The notes under the pieces: model-generated
Told to the model about the DNA's origin: nothing
Databases searched by the model: none
The model's input: only the letters and a program-made list of their open reading frames with translations
Position numbers and translations under genes: made by a program
Part shown: positions 1-11,629 of the stretch, piece after piece
Numbering within the stretch: position 1 is the first letter of the stretch
Layout of the letters: every line of letters begins with the position of its first letter
From: Terriglobia bacterium
GTDB taxonomy: Bacteria > Acidobacteriota > Terriglobia > 20CM-2-55-15
Direction of reading: 5' to 3'
Assembly (NCBI GenBank): GCA_963555775.3
Contig: CAUVWY020000005.1
Span: 332,855 to 396,854, forward strand
DNA length: 64,000 nucleotides

Positions 1-55
1 CCTGTCCCACAAATAACGTGCCTAACGCCGATGGGTCTTGGCCGGCGAGGTTTAA

Positions 56-106
56 CAGCCCCTGGCAGAACCCTGGGCGCGACCCCGCGGGGATCTGCCA
101 CGGGCG
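56..106. repeat. Degenerate short copy of MITE family A (CAGCCC..GGCAGAACCCT / TCTGCCACGGGC)
   Basis: Ends resemble the TIRs of 1216-1573 and 11571-11610. Confidence 0.55.
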
Positions 107-157
107 CTTCGGTGACGTGGGTGCCGAGTGACCGGAATGTGGTAAGTTCGGGGTGCG

Positions 158-1228
158 ATGAACCGCGTGCATGCGAATATGCCGAGTCCCCGGCGAATCC
201 TCGTCATCAAATTCGGATCCCTGGGAGATATCGTCCACTGTCTTCCCTCGGTCCGCCAGCTTCTGGAACGGTTTCCGGAGGCCGAAATCGACTGGCTGAT
301 CGAAGGCAAGAACAGAGCGGTCGTCGAAATGAGCGGCCTCGGCGTTCGCCTCGTTCCGATCGACACTTATCATTGGCGGTACAGTCCGGGTATCGGGAGC
401 GCCAGGGAAATCCTGGAATTCGTATGGGCGCTGCGAACCGACGGTTACGACTGCACCATCGATTTCCAGGGTCTGCTGAAATCCGCCTTCGTCGGATACC
501 TGTCGGCGGCGCCGGTTCGGATCGGTTGGGAGCGGGACTTTCTGAAAGAATCCACCAGCCGCTTTTTCTATACCGAAGTCGTCAAACCACGGCGCGTCCA
601 CATCATCGACCAGCAAATGGAACTGCTCAAACCGCTGGGCATCGAACCCAACTGGGACACCGTTGCCGAAATCGAAGCGCCAGCGACCGCGAGAGCAAGC
701 ATCCAGCGCAAGATCGGCGATAGGCGCGGCTTCGTTCTGATCAATCCCGGCGGCAACTGGGAGACCAAGCGATGGGAACCGTCCCGGTTCGGCGCGCTCG
801 CCCGGCGCCTCATGGATGAGGGTCTCGATGTGGCGGTGACCTGGGGCCCCGGAGAAGAAGACGCCGCCAGAACGATTCGCGAGATCGCCGGCGACGATCT
901 CCTGATGGTCGATTCGACACTTCCCGAACTGGTTGCGCTCTGCGAGCGGTCCTGTCTTTTCGTGGGCGGTGACACCGGCCCGATGCACTTTGCGGCTGCG
1001 ACGGGAACGCCGATCGTTTCGCTTTTCGGACCGACGTCGAGCGACCGAAACGGGCCGTTCCAACGTGAAGACGTGGTCGTCGAGTTGCGGATGCCCTGCC
1101 GCCCCTGCTATGAACGCGACGCCTGTCCACTGGAACACCTGGAATGCATGGGAAACATCACTGTCGATATGGTTCACGAGGCCTGTCGCAAACGATTGGC
1201 TTTCGAGGCGTCTAACAGCCCATGGTAG
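158..1228 (+). CDS. Lipopolysaccharide heptosyltransferase-like glycosyltransferase (GT9); start may be ATG 179
   Basis: ILVIKFGSLGDIVH N-terminus, DFQGLLKSA, INPGGNWETKRW, GGDTGPMHFAAA and LFGPT motifs typical of WaaC/WaaF. Confidence 0.9.
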   Translation: MNRVHANMPSPRRILVIKFGSLGDIVHCLPSVRQLLERFPEAEIDWLIEGKNRAVVEMSGLGVRLVPIDTYHWRYSPGIGSAREILEFVWALRTDGYDCTIDFQGLLKSAFVGYLSAAPVRIGWERDFLKESTSRFFYTEVVKPRRVHIIDQQMELLKPLGIEPNWDTVAEIEAPATARASIQRKIGDRRGFVLINPGGNWETKRWEPSRFGALARRLMDEGLDVAVTWGPGEEDAARTIREIAGDDLLMVDSTLPELVALCERSCLFVGGDTGPMHFAAATGTPIVSLFGPTSSDRNGPFQREDVVVELRMPCRPCYERDACPLEHLECMGNITVDMVHEACRKRLAFEASNSPW

Positions 1229-1573
1229 AACCCTTCAGGGTCGCGCGCGGGGGTCTATCGGGTCTCAGGCGCGAAGAGAGGAGCGGAGCGATGGTTTCAC
1301 ATCGTGACCGACGAACGACAAAGTCTGTGACCCGAACCCCCCTGCGCCCTATGGGTTACGGCGGCATCGGGCCATCTGCCACGTTGCCCCTCCTCGATCG
1401 ATGGTGTCATCGACTTGATCGATGCGGGCATCGACCAAGTCGATGGAGGGCATCGACCAAGTCGATGGAGGGCATCGACCAAGTCGATGGAGGACATCGA
1501 CTTCGTCGCGGCGCCTCGCATGCGGCCCAATGGCGCTCGTAACGCGATCCCTGCAGGGTTCTACCACGGGCTG
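1216..1573. mobile_element. Non-autonomous MITE (family A), ~30-bp imperfect TIRs, 4-bp target duplication CTAA
   Basis: Left CAGCCCATGGTAGAACCCTTCAGGGTCGC vs reverse complement of right end CAGCCCGTGGTAGAACCCTGCAGGGATCGC; CTAA at 1212-1215 and 1574-1577. Confidence 0.85.
1426..1491. repeat. Tandem 22-bp palindromic repeat x3 (GGGCATCGACCAAGTCGATGGA) with degenerate flanking copies, inside the MITE
   Basis: Three exact units at 1426, 1448 and 1470; each folds as CATCGAC-CAA-GTCGATG. Confidence 0.95.
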
Positions 1574-1605
1574 CTAATGTATCCAAACGCCACGACTATT
1601 GAGAC

Positions 1606-2127
1606 ATGACCCTTTCCCGCATACGCGTCCCGCTCGGGTTCGCCGTCGGGGCCCTGGCCCTGTACCTGTCCACACCCGCGCTGAAACTGATCGTTGCCGG
1701 AATACCTCTGGCTCTGTTCGGACTGCTTTGGCGCGCAACCGCAGCCGGAGTCATCCGCAAGGATCGTAACCTCGCGACTGACGGGCCCTATCGCTTCACC
1801 CGCAACCCCTTGTATTTCGGCAGTTTCCTGCTGGCTTTGGGCGTCTCCGTCATGAGCGGCAACCTGGTCTGTGCGCTATTGATCCTGGTTCCGTTCGGAC
1901 TGGTTTATCCCGGCGTCATGAGGCGGGAAGAATCGCACCTGTCACAATTGTTCGGCGAAGAATACGAACGGTTCAGGCGGAGCGTGCCCGTCTTTTTCCC
2001 GCGCGGGATTGGATCCGAAATCCTCGAATCCTTTTCGTTCGAACGGTATCGAGCCAACGGCGAGTACAACGCCGGAATCGGACTTCTCGCCACAGTTATC
2101 CTGCTGGTGCTCAAGGCCCTTGTGTGA
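1606..2127 (+). CDS. Isoprenylcysteine carboxyl methyltransferase/PEMT family membrane protein
   Basis: LATDGPYRFTRNPLYFGS and REESHL..FGEEY..F...VP.FFP motifs; hydrophobic helices. Confidence 0.85.
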   Translation: MTLSRIRVPLGFAVGALALYLSTPALKLIVAGIPLALFGLLWRATAAGVIRKDRNLATDGPYRFTRNPLYFGSFLLALGVSVMSGNLVCALLILVPFGLVYPGVMRREESHLSQLFGEEYERFRRSVPVFFPRGIGSEILESFSFERYRANGEYNAGIGLLATVILLVLKALV

Positions 2128-2138
2128 CCATTAACAGG

Positions 2139-2167
2139 TTGCTTTAACCTACGTCGGAACCTATAAT
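2139..2167 (+). promoter_or_regulatory. sigma70-type promoter of the rimP operon
   Basis: TTGCTT-17nt-TATAAT. Confidence 0.7.
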
Positions 2168-2181
2168 TTCGAGTTGGGCCG

Positions 2182-2210
2182 AAGAGTGGGCGTTTCGCCC
2201 ACTTTTTTGT
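2182..2210 (+). promoter_or_regulatory. rimP leader hairpin (terminator-like)
   Basis: AGTGGGCG-TTT-CGCCCACT followed by a T-run just upstream of rimP; matches the known rimP-leader pattern. Confidence 0.75.
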
Positions 2211-2224
2211 TGTGGGGCTTTTTT

Positions 2225-2716
2225 GTGGGAGTCGAACTGGATCGAATACGCAAGGTTGTCGAGGATGTCGTCGAATCCGAGGCCTATGAACTCGTAGACT
2301 TGGAGTTGAAGGGAGCGGGCAAACACCGCATCCTCAGAATCTTCATCGACCGTGAAAATGGCATATCGCACGAGGATTGCAAGTTGATCAGCGAGCAGGT
2401 GGGAACAGTTCTGGATGTCGAGGATCCGATTCCGTTTGCCTATACGCTGGAAGTTTCCTCGCCGGGCCTGGATCGCAAGTTGGTGAAGAGGAGCGATTTC
2501 ACTCGCTTCAAGGGACACCTCGCAAAAATCCAGACCACGGTGCCGCTTCACAACCAGAAGATTTTCAGGGGCCGGATCGAGGGTCTGACCGATGACCGGA
2601 TCCATTTGGTTTCACCGAACGGGAACGTCGTCGAGATACCGATGGACGTCGTTCGGGAGACTCGGCTGGAAATCGACTGGGAAATGGAAAAATCTCGGAG
2701 TTCAAGGAGTCGATAG
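2225..2716 (+). CDS. rimP: Ribosome maturation factor RimP
   Basis: LRIFID..GI...DC..IS and YTLEVSSPGLDR motifs; precedes nusA; GTG start at 2225 inferred. Confidence 0.95.
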   Translation: MGVELDRIRKVVEDVVESEAYELVDLELKGAGKHRILRIFIDRENGISHEDCKLISEQVGTVLDVEDPIPFAYTLEVSSPGLDRKLVKRSDFTRFKGHLAKIQTTVPLHNQKIFRGRIEGLTDDRIHLVSPNGNVVEIPMDVVRETRLEIDWEMEKSRSSRSR

Positions 2717-2718
2717 CG

Positions 2719-4278
2719 ATGTCTTCGAATCTGCTGTTTCAGACAATCGACCAGATCAGCCGAGAGAAAGGGATCGACCCCCAGATCGTTATCGATGCGA
2801 TCGAGGATGCCATCGTTGTCGCCTCGCGCAAGTACTTCAAGACCAACGAAGAACTCCGTTCCCGCCTCAACCACGAGAACGGGGAGATCGAAGTGTTCGC
2901 GGTACGCAAAGTGGTCGACACCGTTGAAGACGAGACGTTGGAGATTTCTCTGCAGGAAGCACAGTCCCTGAAGGACAACGTGCAGGTCGACGACGAACTG
3001 GAGTTCCCGAAACCGACCGATGGCCTTGGCCGAATCGCGGCGCAAATGGCCAAGCAGGTGATCTTTCAGAAGGTTCGAGAAGCCGAACGGGAAAGTGTGT
3101 ACCAGGAATACCGCGAGCACGTCGGCGAGGTCGTCAACTGTGTGGTCAAGCGGTTCGAGAGCGGCGACATCATCGTCGATATCGGAAAAACCGAAGGCCG
3201 GCTGCCGCGCCGCGAACAGTCCAGGCTGGAAAACTACGCCCCGGGCGAGCGGATGCGTGTGGTGATCATCCGGGTCGAAAAGACGACTCGAGGGCCCCAG
3301 ATCATCGTTTCCAGGGGCGATGCCAGCCTGGTACAGCATCTTTTCCAGACGGAAGTGCCCGAGATCTACGACGGCACGGTCCAGATCCGCAGCATCGCGC
3401 GCGAATCCGGAGAACGAACCAAGATCGCCGTGGCTTCACGAGAAAGAGACGTCGATCCGGTCGGGGCCTGCGTTGGCATGAAGGGTAGCCGGGTCCAGTC
3501 CATCATCCGCGAACTGCGGGGAGAAAAGATCGACATCATCCAATGGTCCGATGACATCGTGACGTTCGCGACCAACGCGATCAGCCCGGCTCAGGTCAGC
3601 CGGGTCTCGATCCTGGATGGACCCGCGACCGACTACGAAACGATGGGTGGCGAAGACGCGGAGTCGCCCGTACGCGTCATGGAAATCATCGTCGAAGAGA
3701 GTCAGCTATCGCTGGCTATCGGCAAGAAGGGACAGAACGTCCGCCTCGCGTCCAAACTCATCGGCTGGCGGATCGAAATCAAGAGCGATGAAGAAAAACG
3801 GGCCGAGATCGAAGACGAGATCGAGAGAATGCAGGCGGCGACGCCTCTGGAATCCATCAAGGGCCTGACTCCCGGGATCATCGCCAAGCTGAATTCCGCA
3901 GACATCACCACTGTGGAGCAAGTGGCCAATCTCTCACCCGAGGATCTGGAGGCTTTGCCGGGTATCGGCGGAAAGACCATCGACAAGATCCGTGACGAAC
4001 TGTCGGAGTACTACGCCACGATGCCGACCTACCAGGACGACCTGGAACGATCGATGCAGGAACGGATGTTCTCGAAAGACAAAGAAGCGGTCGAGGACGA
4101 CAGCGCGGCCGAAGAGCACATCGAGACATCATCCGATGAAACCGGACCCGCGGGCGAAGCCGAGGTTTCGGCGAGCGGCGACGGCACCGCGATCGCCGGC
4201 GATGCTTCCGCCGAAGCGGCAAGCGCGGAAGACGAAGACGAGGTAAAAACGCCAATACCTGAGGGCGGCTCCGGCTGA
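2719..4278 (+). CDS. nusA: Transcription termination/antitermination factor NusA
   Basis: GRIAAQMAKQVI, S1/KH domains, SLAIGKKGQNVRLA; acidic C-terminal tail. Confidence 0.98.
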   Translation: MSSNLLFQTIDQISREKGIDPQIVIDAIEDAIVVASRKYFKTNEELRSRLNHENGEIEVFAVRKVVDTVEDETLEISLQEAQSLKDNVQVDDELEFPKPTDGLGRIAAQMAKQVIFQKVREAERESVYQEYREHVGEVVNCVVKRFESGDIIVDIGKTEGRLPRREQSRLENYAPGERMRVVIIRVEKTTRGPQIIVSRGDASLVQHLFQTEVPEIYDGTVQIRSIARESGERTKIAVASRERDVDPVGACVGMKGSRVQSIIRELRGEKIDIIQWSDDIVTFATNAISPAQVSRVSILDGPATDYETMGGEDAESPVRVMEIIVEESQLSLAIGKKGQNVRLASKLIGWRIEIKSDEEKRAEIEDEIERMQAATPLESIKGLTPGIIAKLNSADITTVEQVANLSPEDLEALPGIGGKTIDKIRDELSEYYATMPTYQDDLERSMQERMFSKDKEAVEDDSAAEEHIETSSDETGPAGEAEVSASGDGTAIAGDASAEAASAEDEDEVKTPIPEGGSG

Positions 4279-4357
4279 GTTCCCGGAACGCCCCGCATGT
4301 TATTCTGTTGGTTTCCATTGCTCACATGAGCACTGCTGAAGGGGAAAACGTAGTCCG

Positions 4358-6868
4358 ATGCCAAAGATTCGTGTCTACCAGCTAGCGCGGGAGTTGAACC
4401 GCGACAATAGCGAAGTGATTCGAGAGTTGCAGCACCTTGGCGCCCCGGTGACCTCGCACTCGAACACTGTGGAAGACCGCATGGCCAAACATCTGCGCAA
4501 AACCCTTGGAGTACTCGAGTTTGACGAGAGCATTGTGATTGCAACGGAAGACAAGGCCAGCCAGGCAAAGCCAAGAACCGACATGCCGGAACCCAATCTG
4601 GTCAAGGCCCGGCCCAAGCCCATGGAAGCGGCGCCGGCTGAAGCGCCTGCCATGCCGCGGCCCGTAGCATCTGTCGCACAGGCGCGAACCGTACCTCCGC
4701 CAGTTCCTCAGGTCGCAACCGCTCCTCCGGCCCGTCCCGCCGCATCGATTGCGCCACCCGCCGCTCCCATCAAGCCGAAGGCAGCGCCCGCACGGCCCGC
4801 GGCCGCGACCGCGCCGCCACCGGGACAACGGAAAACCATGCAGCAGTTGGCTCAGGAGCGGCTGCGCCAGCAAAATCGACCGATCCCCAAGGCGCCTCCG
4901 CATCCCTCCAGGGACACGCGCCCCACCCAGCGACCGACCCATGCGCGGCCCATCCCACCGCGCCAAACGGCGCCTCCGGGACCGCGACGGGATCCAAGAC
5001 GAGACAGGCCGCGGCCGACTCGCGCATCGAGAGTGGAACGCACGATGAATCGGCGCCCGATGCCGCGCCCGCAGCCCAAGGCCGAGGCCCCGCGAGAACA
5101 CCGTACCATCACCCTGACCGACAACATCACCGTGAAGGAAATCGCAGAAAAGCTGGACGCTCGATCCAAGGACGTTATCAAGAAACTGATGGACCGCGGC
5201 ATGTTTGCCACAATCAACCAGACGCTGGACAAGGAACTCGCCGAACAGATCTGCAAGGAATTCAACGCCGATATCGACTTCGTCACGTTCGAAGAGGCCG
5301 TCCAGTTGGAAGCCGTTGAGAAGGTCATCGAATCGGGAGAAAGTGGCGCCCTGTCTCCCCGGCCGCCGGTGGTTACGATCATGGGGCACGTCGATCACGG
5401 AAAGACTTCCCTGCTCGATGCCATCCGCAAAACACGCGTGACCGAATCCGAGCACGGAGGCATCACCCAACATATCGGCGCGTATCAGGTCGAAACCGGA
5501 GATCGCAAGATTACGTTCCTCGATACGCCCGGCCACGAGGCCTTCACGTTGATGCGTGCCCGCGGCGCTTCAGTCACCGACGTGGTCATTCTGGTAGTCG
5601 CGGCCGACGACGGAGTCATGCCGCAGACCATAGAATCCATTTCGCATACGCGTGAGGCCAAGGTGCCGCTGATCGTTGCCATCAACAAGATCGACGTGCC
5701 GAATGCCAACGTCGACAAGGTCAAGCGGGATCTGGCCGAGAAGGGAGTCCTGGTCGAAGACTGGGGCGGCGATGTCGTCAGCGTGGAAGTCTCGGCAAAG
5801 AAGAAGACCAATCTGGGACAGTTGCTCGAAATGATTCTTCTTGTCTCGGACATGCGGAACCTGAGAGCCGACCCCAACTTCCCGGCGATGGGAACAGTGC
5901 TGGAAGCCAAGCTCGACAAGGGCCGGGGCAACGTTGCCACCGTTCTGGTTCAGAACGGCACACTGAGGGTGGGCGACAACTTCATTGCCGGATCGGTCTA
6001 CGGCAAGGTCCGCGCGATGTACGACGAGAAAGGCGTCCCGGTTATCGAAGCCGGGCCGTCGGCTCCCGTCGAAACGCTCGGCCTTCAGGGATTGCCAATG
6101 GCCGGGGATTCGCTGCAGGTGATTACCGACGACAGCAAGGCCCGCCAAATCGCCAGCTTCCGTCAGGATGCCCAGAGAGAACGGGATCTGGCGAAGAAGT
6201 CGCGGCTCACGTTGGATCAACTTCATGTCCGGATGGCGCAGGGCGAGGTCAAGGAAGTCCCAGTCGTTCTCAAGGCCGACGTTCAGGGTTCAACCGAAGT
6301 ACTCAGCGAAATGCTGGTCAAACTCGAGACCTCCAAGGTGCGCATCAGGATCATTCATTCCGCGGTCGGCGCCATCACCGAATATGACGTGCTCCTGGCT
6401 GCCACCTCCAACGGGATCATCATCGGTTTCAACGTCCGGCCCGAAAAGAAGGCTTCCGAGATCGCCACTCGCGAGAAGGTCGATATTCGATTGCACACGG
6501 TGATCTACAACGTGGTCGACGAACTGAAGAAAGCCATGGCGGGCGTGCTCGACCCGGTGACCAGAGAAGTCTTCCAGGGAACGATCGAGGTGCGGGACAC
6601 GTTCAAGGTTCCGAAGGTCGGAACGATCGCCGGTTGCTACGTGACCGACGGTCTGGTTTCGCGCAATGCCCAGGTTCGGTTGCTTCGCGACAACGTCGTG
6701 ATCTTCGAAGGCAGGATTGCTTCGCTCAAGCGGTTCAAGGACGATGCTTCCGAAGTGCGGTCCGGATACGAATGCGGCATCGGAATTCAGGGATACAACG
6801 ACATCAAGGTCAGTGATGTGATCGAAGCGTTCACGACAGAAAAGGTTGCCGCGGATATCGGAGTGTAG
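4358..6868 (+). CDS. infB: Translation initiation factor IF-2
   Basis: RPPVVTIMGHVDHGKTSLLD, DTPGHEAF, SLKRFKDD; Pro/Ala-rich linker. Confidence 0.99.
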   Translation: MPKIRVYQLARELNRDNSEVIRELQHLGAPVTSHSNTVEDRMAKHLRKTLGVLEFDESIVIATEDKASQAKPRTDMPEPNLVKARPKPMEAAPAEAPAMPRPVASVAQARTVPPPVPQVATAPPARPAASIAPPAAPIKPKAAPARPAAATAPPPGQRKTMQQLAQERLRQQNRPIPKAPPHPSRDTRPTQRPTHARPIPPRQTAPPGPRRDPRRDRPRPTRASRVERTMNRRPMPRPQPKAEAPREHRTITLTDNITVKEIAEKLDARSKDVIKKLMDRGMFATINQTLDKELAEQICKEFNADIDFVTFEEAVQLEAVEKVIESGESGALSPRPPVVTIMGHVDHGKTSLLDAIRKTRVTESEHGGITQHIGAYQVETGDRKITFLDTPGHEAFTLMRARGASVTDVVILVVAADDGVMPQTIESISHTREAKVPLIVAINKIDVPNANVDKVKRDLAEKGVLVEDWGGDVVSVEVSAKKKTNLGQLLEMILLVSDMRNLRADPNFPAMGTVLEAKLDKGRGNVATVLVQNGTLRVGDNFIAGSVYGKVRAMYDEKGVPVIEAGPSAPVETLGLQGLPMAGDSLQVITDDSKARQIASFRQDAQRERDLAKKSRLTLDQLHVRMAQGEVKEVPVVLKADVQGSTEVLSEMLVKLETSKVRIRIIHSAVGAITEYDVLLAATSNGIIIGFNVRPEKKASEIATREKVDIRLHTVIYNVVDELKKAMAGVLDPVTREVFQGTIEVRDTFKVPKVGTIAGCYVTDGLVSRNAQVRLLRDNVVIFEGRIASLKRFKDDASEVRSGYECGIGIQGYNDIKVSDVIEAFTTEKVAADIGV

Positions 6869-6926
6869 CGGCGGGTTTCGAGCGACATCCGCTCGACATA
6901 TCTTCGGACTTCCCGCCCTTTTCCCC

Positions 6927-7208
6927 ATGCATGTTGCCCTGCTCGAACTCGACCTTCATATCCCGCACGCACATTCCCTGAAAGACAAGCGAATGGCGGT
7001 CAGGAGCCTGAAGGACCGCTTGCGAAAGCGTTTCAACGTGTCTGTCTCCGAAGTCGACTACCAGGACCTTTGGCAACGGGCCGCGATCGGAGTCGTCAGC
7101 ATCGGCCCAGACTCCGCCTACCTCGAACGGCAACTCGCTCTGGCTCTTGAAGAAGCGGAACGGACCTTGCCCGACTGCGAGATAAACAGCAGGATCGGAT
7201 TCCTGTAA
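6927..7208 (+). CDS. DUF503 (YlxP-like) protein
   Basis: SLKDKR..VRSLKDRLR.RFNVSVSEV..QDLWQRA; usual position between infB and rbfA. Confidence 0.9.
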   Translation: MHVALLELDLHIPHAHSLKDKRMAVRSLKDRLRKRFNVSVSEVDYQDLWQRAAIGVVSIGPDSAYLERQLALALEEAERTLPDCEINSRIGFL

Positions 7209-7564
7209 TGGCTGAGAAACGGAGACTCGACCGGGTGGGGCAACAGGTTCGGACCGAACTCGGCTTTCTGATCGAAACCGGACTGGACGATCCGCGAATC
7301 GGTCCGGTGGGCGTCACCCATGTCCGGATGTCGAAGGACCTGCGCCATGCCCGTGTTTACGTCAGCGGCATGGGGAGCCAAACCGACCGCGAGGAAACGA
7401 TGGCCGGACTCCACTCCGCACGCGGGTTTCTGCGCCAGCAACTCAGCCTGCGGTTGCCTCACCTGCAAAGAACGCCCGAGTTGACTTTCGATTACGACGA
7501 TACGGTCGAAAGTGGAATGAGAGTCGAAGAGATCCTCGCCGAGATACGCGACGACCAGGAGTGA
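7208..7564 (+). CDS. rbfA: Ribosome-binding factor A
   Basis: DPRI..V.VT.V.MSKDLRHARVY, RTPELTFDYD. Confidence 0.95.
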   Translation: MAEKRRLDRVGQQVRTELGFLIETGLDDPRIGPVGVTHVRMSKDLRHARVYVSGMGSQTDREETMAGLHSARGFLRQQLSLRLPHLQRTPELTFDYDDTVESGMRVEEILAEIRDDQE

Positions 7565-7573
7565 GCATCGCCA

Positions 7574-8464
7574 TTGAAAAATTCGAATCCGGACGATTCC
7601 TCCGTGGCGCCGATCGGATTTCTTGTCATCGACAAACCGGCCGGCATCACCTCGCACGATGTCGTCAGCCGCATACGAAAGCGGTTCGCGACGCCGAAGG
7701 TGGGTCATCTTGGCACGCTCGACCCGATGGCGACCGGGGTTCTTCCGATCGCAATTGGAAAAGCCACACGTCTGGTGCGGTTCGTCTCGGGATCGCCAAA
7801 AGAGTACACGGGCCGAATCCGACTGGGGCAGGACACATCCACTTGCGATGCCGACGGAGAGCCGGCAGGAAAGCCCCGCCCTGTCGAGGTGACCGGCAAA
7901 CAGGTTGCCGAAGCAATGGCTTCGTTTCTTGGGAACCTCCAGCAGATTCCGCCGGCTTACTCGGCAAAGAAGATTTCGGGGGTCCGGGCACATCGGTTGG
8001 CACGCAGGGGCGTCGACGTTCGGATGAAGCCGGTGGAGGTGTTCGTCGAGACGTTCGAAATGCTCGGCTGGACCTCCCCGGAACTCCATTTTCGCGCTGT
8101 TTGTTCGCCCGGAACCTATATCCGAAGCCTGGCTCGAGATCTGGGATCGATGCTGGGAACCGGAGGGCACCTGGGGTCGTTGCGCCGCATCCGGTCCGGT
8201 CCCTTCAGGATCGAGGATGCCGCCGGGCCGGACCAAGCCGAGCCGGCCGACATTCTGCCGCCCGAGCATGTGCTCTCGGATCTGCCGCGAATTCAGGTCG
8301 ACGATGCGGGCGCGGAATTCATCCGTCATGGAAGACCGGTGGACATCGGCATGCAAGAGCAAGGGAAAGGTGCGGAGGTCTGCATCTTCAACAGCAAAGA
8401 TCGGCTGATCGCCGTCGGTACCCGAAATGAGGGTTGGGCGAACCCTGAAGTTGTGCTACTGTAA
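7574..8464 (+). CDS. truB: tRNA pseudouridine(55) synthase
   Basis: DKPAGITSHDVV, KVGHLGTLDPMATGVL, GTYIRSLARDLG. Confidence 0.97.
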   Translation: MKNSNPDDSSVAPIGFLVIDKPAGITSHDVVSRIRKRFATPKVGHLGTLDPMATGVLPIAIGKATRLVRFVSGSPKEYTGRIRLGQDTSTCDADGEPAGKPRPVEVTGKQVAEAMASFLGNLQQIPPAYSAKKISGVRAHRLARRGVDVRMKPVEVFVETFEMLGWTSPELHFRAVCSPGTYIRSLARDLGSMLGTGGHLGSLRRIRSGPFRIEDAAGPDQAEPADILPPEHVLSDLPRIQVDDAGAEFIRHGRPVDIGMQEQGKGAEVCIFNSKDRLIAVGTRNEGWANPEVVLL

Positions 8465-8500
8465 GCGCTCCAAATTACTGGAGGAAGAAGAAAGAATAGA

Positions 8501-8770
8501 ATGGCTCTGACGAGGGAATCAAAGGGCTCGATCATTGACCAATATCGTATCCATCCTTCGGATACGGGGTCGCCGGAAGTTCAGGTCGCAATCCTCAGTG
8601 AACGAATCACTTACCTGACCGAACATTTCAAGACGCACAAGAAGGACCATGCTTCCCGGCGCGGGCTTCTGAAGCTCGTGGGGCGGCGGCGGCGATTGCT
8701 CGAATATCTGAAGAGCCACGAAGTCGGCCGTTACAAGGAAATCATTCAGAAGCTTGGCCTTCGAAAGTAG
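8501..8770 (+). CDS. rpsO: 30S ribosomal protein S15
   Basis: [32 protein letters not shown]. Confidence 0.99.
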   Translation: MALTRESKGSIIDQYRIHPSDTGSPEVQVAILSERITYLTEHFKTHKKDHASRRGLLKLVGRRRRLLEYLKSHEVGRYKEIIQKLGLRK

Positions 8771-8939
8771 CCGGACACGGTACTGTCCCCGAACTCCCAG
8801 CAACGGCCCAACCTCAAGCATGACGCCCCGAAACCTGTTTTGGCCGAAGTCTACCTGCGACACCATCATGAGTCGATAGGTGGCTGGATCCCGCCTCGTC
8901 ATTCCCTCGTCATACTGACGAAAGGACGTATCGAACACT

Positions 8940-11195
<2,256 letters not shown>

Positions 11196-11222
11196 TTCGA
11201 TCGCGTTTCAATCGACGCGGCC

Positions 11223-11249
11223 GGGCGACGACAATCGGTTGTCGCCCGA
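11223..11249. terminator. Hairpin between convergent pnp and small ORF
   Basis: GGGCGAC...GTCGCCC inverted repeat; no clear U-tract. Confidence 0.4.
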
Positions 11250-11250
11250 T

Positions 11251-11541
11251 TCAGTCGAGGTCGATGTCGCGGATGGGCATTTCCAGTTCGTCGATGTGTT
11301 CCATGGCTTCCTGAAACTTGGCGTCGATCAGATCTTTTCGGCCCTTTTCCTTCTGGAATGCCTCGTCGAAACGATCCATGGCGGTTGCCTGCCGATGCTT
11401 CACCTGCGACAACGCATCCTCGAACGAAACCGATTTCTTGTCGGGCTGTCTGGTGAAGAGCACTTCACCGCTCCCGGCATCGACGGTCAGCGTCGCATCG
11501 CAGCAGGTGCACCTGACCTGAAGTTTTTTCCTGTCGGACAT
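11251..11541 (-). CDS. Small hypothetical protein, N-terminal CxCC zinc-ribbon-like motif plus helical C-terminus
   Basis: MSDRKKLQVRCTCCDATLTVD...IRDIDLD; TATAAT 6 nt upstream of ATG. Confidence 0.75.
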   Translation of the reverse strand: MSDRKKLQVRCTCCDATLTVDAGSGEVLFTRQPDKKSVSFEDALSQVKHRQATAMDRFDEAFQKEKGRKDLIDAKFQEAMEHIDELEMPIRDIDLD

Positions 11542-11570
11542 GGCGGCATTATATAGCGATCCGTCGCGAA

Positions 11571-11610
11571 CAGCCCGTTGTAGAACCCTGAAGGGTCCTG
11601 CCACGGGCTG
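11571..11610. repeat. Minimal 40-bp MITE family A element (TIRs only)
   Basis: CAGCCCGTTGTAGAACCCTGAAGGGTCCTGCCACGGGCTG followed by CTAG. Confidence 0.75.
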
Positions 11611-11629
11611 CTAGGGTTCAGCCCCTCGT

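Noticed and set aside
1426-1491. CRISPR array or coding repeat
   Set aside because: Direct tandem units with no spacers; the 22-bp period is not a codon multiple; lies within a MITE
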